Shown here: positions 19,319-26,929 of the stretch, piece after piece
Layout: every line of letters starts with the position of its first letter
Position numbering within the stretch: position 1 is the stretch's first letter
From: Saccharolobus solfataricus
Lineage (GTDB): Archaea > Thermoproteota > Thermoprotei_A > Sulfolobales > Sulfolobaceae
Reading direction: 5' to 3'
NCBI RefSeq assembly: GCF_900079115.1
Contig: NZ_LT549890.1
Location: 1,470,001 to 1,502,000, forward strand
DNA: 32,000 nt
The notes under the pieces: model-generated
What the model was told of the DNA's origin: nothing
Seen by the model: only the letters and a program-made list of their open reading frames with translations
Databases searched by the model: none
Program-made: the position numbers and the translations under genes

Positions 19319-19761
19319 TAAAAAACTTCCCTCGACTTTTTTGGCTTTACCAGCAACTCGTTAAGTTGGTTAATCGGTTTCCCAGAAGATACTCGAATAG
19401 CATTTATAGGAAAATCGTTACACTTTTACGTTACATTAAAAATATATAACGAATCTTTCCTGATTAGATGAGAAATGCTTATTGATAAGCTATAATATTA
19501 AGAAGTACAGTTGTGTTTCACCAATTTTACTAGAAATGATGTAATTTCTATGGTAGGGGAAAATATCGAGTTATGGTTGTGAAAATCGGCTTATTTCAAC
19601 ATGATTATCAAAAAATTTTTAGATTAAACGAGAAGCATGGTTAAAAAGGAGTTTGTATATAGAGGGTAATATCATCTGTTTAGCATTATCAAGCGGGGAG
19701 GGGAGGTCTAGGGAGGAGGTGAACAGGAAAGGGTTAAAGCGAGGGACTCCATGACTCCGTT

Positions 19762-20581
19762 ATGCAAGTTTATGAAACGGGATTCAAAACGGAGTTGAAG
19801 TCCCTCGCTAGTTATTTCATCGTCAATAATCTTAACGTTATCTCCCAAGAGTTGGACACGAGGATCGCGGACGCAGCTCCGTTCCTGTTGACAGGGAACA
19901 GGGAAAAGGAGTACTTGAAGGTCGTTAGGGAAGGAGAGAAGGTGATGAGTCAAGGGGAGAGGAGCTTCAAGTTCTACCCTCACGTGAAAGTTGAGGGAAA
20001 GACTACAATCGTTGCAGTGGACGAGACCGCGATAACCGTGGGAGAGAAGGAGTCGAGGAAGGTGGAAGGATTTCAACTCTACAACGGGAAGAGGAAGGGA
20101 GTTAAGTTGAGGTCCGTGGACTTGGTGTTCCCCTTGAGGTTGTCCCTCCTCGAGGAGATAGCTGACTTGAGAAGCGATACTCCCTCCCAGTTCCTGATGA
20201 GGGCCGTGAGCGAAGTTGCTCAGCACCTCAAGATAGACTACGTTGTTGCTGACGCGGGTTTCCTGAACTTGAAGGTAATCAAGGAGATGCCTGTGAAGAC
20301 CGTGGTAGGAGGTAAGACCAACCTGAAGGGCTTCAAGGAACTCTCCAACGTCTCTCTAACCGAGAAGAAATGCGAGGTAAATGACAGGGTTTACGTTGCG
20401 TATAGGGTCCTGAAGTACAATGACCTTTACTACTATGAAGTGATATACGTCAAGGAGAAACCCAGGCACTTCATCTTCGTTACCAACTTCAATGGAGATC
20501 CCTACAAGCTAGCTGAGCTCTACAGGTTGAGATGGCAGAGCGAAGAGGGCTTCAAGGTCAGGAAGGCCAGGATAAGATACG
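19762..20581 (+). pseudogene. DDE transposase (IS4/ISH3-like), C-terminally truncated at a MITE insertion
   Basis: VAVDETAI (D), YVVADAGF (D), YRLRWQSEEGFK (Y-R-E-K region). The reading frame runs into the MITE and picks up the tail SAFRKFMAYRQRIYH. GC content is visibly well above the surroundings. Confidence 0.75.
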
Positions 20582-20663
20582 TTAGTGCTTTCAGAAAGTT
20601 TATGGCTTATAGGCAAAGGATATACCACTAGATCATAGTCTAAGAACTTTTCCAAAATACTAA
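20582..20663 (+). mobile_element. ~80-bp MITE, copy B
   Basis: ttagtgctttcagaaagtttatggcttataggcaaaggatataccactagatcatagtctaagaacttttccaaaatactaa, identical or nearly so to copy C. Confidence 0.8.
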
Positions 20664-20685
20664 CGAATATAGGTGTGACACAAGG

Positions 20686-21646
20686 GTAGGGGTAATTGGA
20701 ATAGACGTATCAAAAGAACACTTGGTAACAAGTAAGGGGAGGGTGAGGAAATTCACAAACAACGAGAAGGGCTACGAAGAAATACTAACCATGAAGCCAA
20801 ACATCATCGTAATAGAACCCACAGGAGTATACTCAACAAGACCTTGCCAATACTTCAAAGAAAGAGGAGTGAAAGTCCTACTAGTCAGCCTTGTTATGGA
20901 AAGAAAAGGACGTAAGGGGAAAGAAAACAGATTTTTACGACGCAGAAAAACTTGAAAACATGGTAAATAAGGCTAGAGAATACGTTAACAACCCCTTAAA
21001 AGAATTAGTATCACTCTACCTCTTCATGAAGGATGTGCAAACGAAACAAGAGAACAGGTTAAGGAGAGCTCTCTTCCTCGTGAGCGACGAGGAGAAGTTG
21101 AGCGAGGAGAGATTGGAGAAGTTCTCTAAGGGAGACTTCTCTGACGTAAAACTGTATCAACTGGAATACACTGGTACAGTACTACGTGAGATTCAAGTCC
21201 TAGCGAGAACACTACTTCAAACGCGAGAAGAGTTGAAGGAGGTGAGGAAAATGATAGAGGGTAATGTGCCTCAAGACCACGTGTTACTCACGATTCCCGG
21301 AATAGGGAAACTGGCAGCTGGGATTATAATTGGGATTGTGGGTGATATTAAGCGCTTCCCAAGACCTGAATCCTTCGTTGCTTATTGCGGTTTAGACCCG
21401 GTAGTTGAGAGGAGTGGTAGGATTGAGGTTAGAAAGGGTATCTCTAAGAGGGGTAACAAGTATTTGCGTAGCTTGTTTTATTTCCTCGCCGAGACTCAAT
21501 ATTCGCGTAACCCAACTCTCCTTAAGTTCTACGAAGCTCACAAGGATAAACTGAAGGGTAGGAAACTGTACACTGCCTTAGCTAGGAAGTTGGCTAGGAT
21601 AGTGTGGAGTGTTTGGTATAATAATAAGCCTTATGAGGTGAAGTGA
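20686..21646 (+). pseudogene. IS110-family (DEDD) recombinase/transposase, copy 1; no start codon before the conserved N-terminus and at least one frameshift
   Basis: VGVIGIDVSKEH, VIEPTGVY, GKKTDFYDAEKL (shifted frame from ~20900), C-terminal TIPGIGKLAAGIIIGIVGDIKRF...GISKRGNKYLRS. Confidence 0.85.
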
Positions 21647-21659
21647 CCCTCCCCTAATC

Positions 21660-21688
21660 GCCACGCGGATTGAAAGAGTCCGCGTGGC
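21660..21688 (+). other. Perfect 10-bp GC-rich stem-loop 14 nt downstream of the IS110 copy-1 stop codon
   Basis: GCCACGCGGA-ttgaaagag-TCCGCGTGGC. Confidence 0.6.
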
Positions 21689-21741
21689 AATAGTAGCTGA
21701 TACTATGCTCAAAATTTGACCGAAAGATTTATTACTGAACG

Positions 21742-21888
21742 CCCTCGCACATAAGCTTTTTCAGAGGCTGTTTTCATGTTCTAATTCATTGGCTGCATCT
21801 CGATCGAAACGATTAATTGTGGAAATTTCTAGCCTAATTTAATTTTACTATATGATATCGAATAAGATGACTGCATGAGAACACTCCC
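21742..21888 (+). repeat. 147-bp dispersed repeat, copy 1
   Basis: ccctcgcacataagc...gatgactgcatgagaacactccc aligns end to end with 29450-29596 (about 90% identity by eye, same orientation). Confidence 0.8.
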
Positions 21889-22009
21889 CAAATGATATTA
21901 GAACGTTTTCTAAGTGTAGTCAGCGATATTTAGCTTAGCGGGTACACTATGGACATACTCAAAGTAAAAAGCTAACATGAAGTAAATTGTCTGAGAGGCT
22001 ACGCAGTTT

Positions 22010-23194
22010 TTATTGCTTAAACACATTCTTAAACACCCACAAGGCGAGGACAATATAACCAAGTAAGAGTTCTGAGACGACTATCACAACGTCCTTTTGT
22101 CCTACCAATAAATCCAGAAAAGACAACAAAATATTCCCCAAAGCACCGAAAATACTGCCTAAGGTCGCGAGTAGGCCGTTATAAGACGCAATAATTTCTT
22201 TAGGTAACTTCATCTGGAAAATAGGACTTGCAAATGAGCTGTAAAGGGTCAAGGAAAGCCAATAAAACACTATAAGGATTAAAGAAAACTGAGGCTGGAC
22301 AAAAGCCAGAGAAACCAAAAGTATCGCGGGGATAAGACCCCTGAAAAATATAAAGATATAATATAGATTATTTCTGTATTTTTCTACCTTAATTTTAGTA
22401 AAAATTAGAAGTGAAATACTACTGTACGCGATTGTCATCGAGTAGTAGATCATGTAGTTGAGGACGAAATAGGACTGTGGAAAAAACACTAGAAAGGTCG
22501 GAAATAGACCGCCTATAAAGTTTGCGAAAAGTGTATCTATGAGGAAGAACGTTATCGCCCGATCCTTTTTAAACGCTGAAATTGAAAGGGAGAAGAGGAG
22601 TTTAGCATTACCAGTGCCTTTAGGGTATTTAATCTTGAAAATTAAAGGAGTATGTATTAACAACATGAATAAGCCGAGGACTAAAAGCAGTGATCTTAAG
22701 CCGATTATGAAAAAGGTTAGGTACAAGAATACGATCGCCGAAGCCGTTCTTACAATGTTTACAGTAATCCACACCACTCTGTACTCTGATGCAGAATTTA
22801 CCAAATTCCTTAATACCTTTACGTGGTTTGTCCCCTTAAAAGAGTGTATGGTGACAATCACAGTATAAGCTAGGAAAATAAAACCTAGTTCAAAACGGTA
22901 AAGGAAATAAAATAGTAAAAAAGAAGTCCCGCTTAACAGTGAAAGTATTAGATCGTACCTCCTAGTGTTTACTATATAATCTGTTAGGAAACCTGATATA
23001 CCGCTCAAATGCCCCAGAACGTAAGAAATGCTGAGTAAAGCTCCTACCAGTAACGGGTTTTTAGTCTGTAAGAAAAGGTAAGCCGGAAATACTGCCGAGA
23101 TGATTATTACAGGCTGTAGAAAGTGCTGTAAAAGGTAAAACTTGACGTTAGTATTAGATAGTATTTTACTCGGCTTCGACTCCAACAACTTCAC
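22010..23194 (-). CDS. Polytopic membrane protein, weakly MFS-like; candidate exporter of the operon product
   Basis: 394 aa, about 10-12 hydrophobic segments. GFLTDYIVNTRRYDLIL is loosely reminiscent of MFS motif A. The start overlaps the radical-SAM gene end by 29 nt. Oligo-T tract after the stop. Confidence 0.7.
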   Translation of the reverse strand: MKLLESKPSKILSNTNVKFYLLQHFLQPVIIISAVFPAYLFLQTKNPLLVGALLSISYVLGHLSGISGFLTDYIVNTRRYDLILSLLSGTSFLLFYFLYRFELGFIFLAYTVIVTIHSFKGTNHVKVLRNLVNSASEYRVVWITVNIVRTASAIVFLYLTFFIIGLRSLLLVLGLFMLLIHTPLIFKIKYPKGTGNAKLLFSLSISAFKKDRAITFFLIDTLFANFIGGLFPTFLVFFPQSYFVLNYMIYYSMTIAYSSISLLIFTKIKVEKYRNNLYYIFIFFRGLIPAILLVSLAFVQPQFSLILIVFYWLSLTLYSSFASPIFQMKLPKEIIASYNGLLATLGSIFGALGNILLSFLDLLVGQKDVVIVVSELLLGYIVLALWVFKNVFKQ

Positions 23195-24185
23195 CTAACT
23201 CATGTAATCTAGGACACCCCCTACTCAACGGTGAAAGGATATATTTAGCCCATCTGTTGATTTTACTTTCATCAAGTACTATGCTTCCATCTTCTTCTAT
23301 GTGGCCTACTGACTCATCATCTATCATTACAGTTAGAGGACATTTAAATAATTTACCATCATTTCTTATAATTATAGAAAACGGATACAGCGCTTGACAT
23401 AAATCATCCATCGCTGGAACACCATCAATTTGAAGTAACGTGTCTTTATCTGGAATATTCAAGCCTAGTTGCGTAGCATACATATATAATTCTTGAATTA
23501 TTTCCATTCTTTTTTTAGGTTCTATGACTTTTAGGTTTTTATCGTTGTCCCCACCAGATCTAGTCACGGGGAAAAAAGTAAAGTAATATCTTCTATCTCT
23601 GCTAAAGTAATTCGACGCTAAGTCTAAGAATTTCTTAATTGAGTCTAAATTATCTGGCATTACGTTTGATCTTATAAACATAAAGAAATTATCAGTTACA
23701 TTTCTTGTTTGAATAAGATTTTCGAATATTTTATCAAACGTAGGCTTACCATTTAATAATGGTCTAAGCTTATCATGAGCATCTTTATAACCATCTATTG
23801 TCACCTGAAATATCTTTACACCTTTTTCTAATAAGATCTTGAATTTTACTATATCTAAGAGGTAACCATTAGTTATAATCTCACCAATTATATCCGTTTT
23901 ATACGTTTTTCCTATCGAATTAGTGAAATCCATAATATCTATAATAGTTTTAAAATCTAGTAACGGCTCTCCTCCATACCATCTGATGTGAACTTTTCTG
24001 AAAAAGCCAGTTTTAATATTATTTTCTAAAAATAATTTTATTCTTTTTGTCATTTCTGATGTAGTTATCATATTTTTAATTTTATAATGGTCATTCTCGT
24101 AGCAGTACACACATCTAAAATTACACCAACTAGATGGAATGATAGTTATCGAAAAAATTTTCTTATCTTGTATTTTTCCTATCAT
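23166..24185 (-). CDS. Radical SAM enzyme with partial SPASM/twitch auxiliary-cluster signature (anSME/peptide-maturase-like)
   Basis: CNFRCVYC (CX3CX2C). GGEPLL SAM-binding motif. C-terminal CQALYPFSIIIRNDGKLFKC equals CX13GX4C. The track start is GTG 24194, but ATG 24185 is preferred because GGTGA (complement of 24191-24195) sits 5 nt upstream. Confidence 0.85.
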   Translation of the reverse strand: MIGKIQDKKIFSITIIPSSWCNFRCVYCYENDHYKIKNMITTSEMTKRIKLFLENNIKTGFFRKVHIRWYGGEPLLDFKTIIDIMDFTNSIGKTYKTDIIGEIITNGYLLDIVKFKILLEKGVKIFQVTIDGYKDAHDKLRPLLNGKPTFDKIFENLIQTRNVTDNFFMFIRSNVMPDNLDSIKKFLDLASNYFSRDRRYYFTFFPVTRSGGDNDKNLKVIEPKKRMEIIQELYMYATQLGLNIPDKDTLLQIDGVPAMDDLCQALYPFSIIIRNDGKLFKCPLTVMIDDESVGHIEEDGSIVLDESKINRWAKYILSPLSRGCPRLHELGEVVGVEAE

Positions 24186-24247
24186 CCCACTCACCTAACT
24201 TACATATATGTATTATTAGGTTTCGGAATTTCGAAATCTTGTATGTG

Positions 24248-24397
24248 TCAGCATGCACTATATAAATCTGAACCTCCTCCTGGCCCAGCTTCACACACTA
24301 TTTCATTCGCTGCTCTTATTTCTGGATGGCGATATATTTCTTCATATATTGGCTCTATTTGTAGTACATTCTCCATAGATTTTATTCTTTTAGCCAT
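24248..24397 (-). CDS. Unlisted 49-aa ORF, candidate RiPP precursor peptide: MAKRIKSMENVLQIEPIYEEIYRHPEIRAANEIVCEAGPGGGSDLYSAC
   Basis: Hand translation of the minus strand. ATG at 24397, TGA at 24250-24248, in-frame stop 3 codons upstream of the ATG. 62 nt upstream of the radical-SAM ATG on the same strand. Below the size cutoff of the ORF track. Confidence 0.5.
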   Translation of the reverse strand: MAKRIKSMENVLQIEPIYEEIYRHPEIRAANEIVCEAGPGGGSDLYSAC

Positions 24398-24419
24398 CGT
24401 TATTTAACTTAGAATTCGT

Positions 24420-24450
24420 CCTTTTTATTTTTTACTATTATAATACCTTA
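24420..24450 (-). promoter_or_regulatory. Possible BRE/TATA region for the small ORF-radical SAM operon
   Basis: The gene strand reads ...ATTATAATAGTAAAAAATAAAAAGgacgaattctaagttaaataacgATG. The A/T box ends ~23 nt before the ATG, compatible with a leaderless or short-leader transcript. Confidence 0.3.
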
Positions 24451-24683
24451 TATGTTTTTAGAAATAATAATGATATAAATTTTAAGTATCTTATATAAAG
24501 CTGGTTTATGATCTGATAAAAATAAAAAAAAGTTTTTATCGTTTCCTATCTACTGTAATCAGGGCTATTCACGGATCCATCGCGATTTCAATTTGTTTCT
24601 CTAAATATAGTACTGCTTCTTAAGTAATACATAAATATTAAAGTATTTAGTAAGATTTTTACTTTAAATTTTAGCTAGTTGTC

Positions 24684-24763
24684 AGATAGTTATAAACTTT
24701 AATTGCTTAATTTCTATAATATTTCGAAGTGGATTATTTCTGGAAATAGATTTTGGGTCTACC
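24684..24763 (+). mobile_element. Solo right-end fragment of the same IS type as 17048-18180
   Basis: GATTTTGGGTCTACCG at 24749-24764 is identical to 18168-18183. The preceding ~65 nt align loosely (gttataaactt, ataatatt, attattt) with 18100-18167. Confidence 0.5.
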
Positions 24764-24803
24764 GATATACAACTGATAACGGGATTGAATGTATGAGGAG
24801 TAC

Positions 24804-25340
24804 CTAGAGTAAAATTCCTCTTTCGTTAGACCTACCCTCTCTAATGTCCTTTAACGAGGCAATTCCCATGGGATTTTTAACTTCCTCAAACACCTTATCG
24901 AAATCTATCTCTATGGATTGGCCTAACTTTTGAAGAATAATGTCCAATTTTTTATTAATCTCTTTCAGTAGTGATGTAATTTCTGAACTATCACTTTTCC
25001 CCTTCTCTTCTTCAGACTGCTGCGCACTATTGGTGCTATTTCTTTCCTGAATACCTTTATCTAATAGTTGGATACTACTACCATTTGACCTTCTTATAAC
25101 ACTTATTATCCCTTCTTTTTCTAGCTCATTTAGTAGTTCCTCAGAAGCCCATTTAACTTTAGATCTCGCTATTTTTCCTCCATGATCCCTTAAATACTTA
25201 ATTAGTTTCTCCTTACTATTCACAATATAATAAATATAAATGGAGATTTTTAACTTAATGGGGTTTGCCTTTAGGAGACTAAGATGGCGAAAGTCCATTC
25301 TTGGAACTGCTATCTTCATTACCTTCATTTCAATTAACAC
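24804..25340 (-). CDS. Hypothetical protein with probable winged-helix DNA-binding domain and coiled-coil tail
   Basis: 178-aa ORF. LIKYLRDHGGKIARSKVKWASEELLNELEKEGIISVIRR is wHTH-like. The true start may be an internal Met (MKIAVPRM / MDFRHL). Flanked by IS remnants on both sides. Confidence 0.45.
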   Translation of the reverse strand: MLIEMKVMKIAVPRMDFRHLSLLKANPIKLKISIYIYYIVNSKEKLIKYLRDHGGKIARSKVKWASEELLNELEKEGIISVIRRSNGSSIQLLDKGIQERNSTNSAQQSEEEKGKSDSSEITSLLKEINKKLDIILQKLGQSIEIDFDKVFEEVKNPMGIASLKDIREGRSNERGILL

Positions 25341-25547
25341 TACATGGAGTTAAGGGGGTGAAAGTCCACTTCCGTGAGAGATGAATAACCCCTTATAGAA
25401 ACGTTTTTACATAGTCTTTTTCATATTAGGCACTACATGCTCCGCCTCTAACAAAGTGACCGTAGCAGATCGGGATTCTCTGCCACCGTAGGAGATGCGA
25501 AGGGGGACTGGAAGGGATTATTAAACTTAGTGGGGAGATGCTGGAAA

Positions 25548-26510
25548 ATGGACGTGCTTAGAACACTAAAAAGGAGGATCAGAAAGCTGATCGAAAAGAA
25601 GCCCAAGAACCTAAACGAAACCAAAGCAAGAGGAATATTACTATACTTGAAATGAAAACTAAAAAATAGCCGAGATACTACAAGTACACTTGAGCACAGT
25701 TTACAGATGGATCAACCAATTCGAGAAAGAAGGAGAGAAATGCCTATTCTACAAAGAGAGAAAAGGAAGAAACAAGAAGATAGACGAAAAGGAGATAAAA
25801 GTAGAAGAACTTCAAGGTAAAACCATATGGGAAGCAAAGGCTTATATAGAGGAGAAGTTTCACGTTAAATTAAGCTACGTAACAGCTTGGAGAATAGCTA
25901 GGAAAAGATTGAAAATCCCCTACATATAACAAGAAGAGGCCCTTTAACGCAGATAACATCTTGAGGGATAGACTAAAGGGTGTTATTAAGAAGGGTGTTA
26001 AGGTGTTTTTCACGGATGAGTCCGGTATTCATCACGATCCTTCCAGGAGATTGGGGTTGTATAATGTTCCCGTTGATTATCCCAGTAGGAAGCTTAATGT
26101 TCTCGCTTCTATTCCCTTGTTTGGCGGTGTTCCTTGTTTCATGTTCACCTATTCCAATGTTAATTCCGAGATCTTTGCTGAGTTTCTTCGCTTGTTTAGG
26201 AATTCCGGTCCTATTGTGTTGATCCTTGATAATGCTAAGTTTCACAAGAATGCTTATGTTTTCTCCGTTGCTTCTCAGCTCGGCATTATCTTGCTTTTCT
26301 TGCCTCCGTATTCTCCGGATTTAAACCCTATTGAGTTTGGAAGGACTTGAAGCGTTGGGTTAATACTTATTATAATCTTGAATACACTCTTGATTCGATG
26401 GAGGAGGAGTTCTATTATTTGTTTTTGACGCGTGATTATACAAGCTATTGGGTTAATAAGTTTCGCGACGTGCTCGAGAAACTGGAGGAAGAGGTTAGTA
26501 TGAAACAATT
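25548..26510 (+). pseudogene. IS630/Tc1-mariner-family transposase, interrupted by several frameshifts and stops
   Basis: HTH part ...STVYRWINQFEKEGE. DDE part FFTDESGI, LILDNAKFHKN, LPPYSPDLNPIEF followed in another frame by WKDLKRWVN. Pieces correspond to track ORFs 25690-25929, 25961-26350 and the start of 26347-26820. Confidence 0.85.
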
Positions 26511-26654
26511 TTTATCGATTCTCCTTTATTATTTGTTCTCAAGTTCTATCAAGTTTAATTCATTAACTATTCAGACTTATTCGAGTGTTCTTCTATATTT
26601 TGTATTGGGAAATATTAATTTCTCCTTCGCATCTCCTACGGGGAATTCACGCAA

Positions 26655-26929
26655 AACTAGAGAACGAGTAAAACCAAGTATTACAAGAGAAAAACAAATA
26701 AGCAAGGAAGGAGAAAAACAACATAAGCCCAGTCGCAACATGGGGATAAAAACCCCAGCTAATAGGCTGGCTGTGAAGCCCCTAGAACGATCTAACAAGA
26801 GGGGACAAAACCCCGAGTAGGAGTGCGCAAGTAAATTTTTCTAGGGGCTGAAGGTAGTTAATATTATGCGAGAAAAACGTGGTATTATGATAGTAAAGAA
26901 TATCTCGCATACACGAGCAATATTCTATC
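26655..26929 (+). ncRNA. Structured non-coding leader of IS110 copy 2; candidate bridge/seek-type guide RNA region
   Basis: 9-bp long-range pairing AGCCCCTAG (26777-26785) with CTAGGGGCT (26841-26849). Hairpins GGGGataaaaaCCCC (26742-26756), CCAGCtaatagGCTGG (26755-26770), GGGGacaaaaCCCC (26801-14) and GCGAGA...TCTCGC. The only ORF here is low-complexity. Confidence 0.3.

Noticed and set aside
19150-19449. 99-aa plus-strand ORF spanning the ATPase 5' end and its upstream region
   Set aside because: It is antisense to the ATPase N-terminus and runs through the tandem palindromes, with no coding signal.
19708-20226. 172-aa minus-strand ORF
   Set aside because: It is antisense to the DDE transposase, which carries clear D-D-E motifs. 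The long open antisense frame is explained by the locally high GC content.
22539-22868. 109-aa plus-strand ORF inside the membrane-protein gene
   Set aside because: It is antisense to a long hydrophobic ORF that is translationally coupled to the rSAM gene.
24221-24237. tttcggaatttcgaaat between the peptide ORF and the rSAM gene, as a possible attenuator hairpin
   Set aside because: Only a 5-bp A/U-rich stem (or a loop-less 10-nt palindrome ATTTCGAAAT) is possible, which is too weak to claim for a thermophile. It is noted only as a possible protein-binding palindrome.
24087-24407. 106-aa plus-strand ORF covering the rSAM start and the whole small-peptide locus
   Set aside because: It has no motifs and a hydrophobic low-complexity translation. 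The minus-strand reading (peptide, SD, rSAM) gives a coherent operon. It does mean the 49-aa ORF call needs comparative or expression support.
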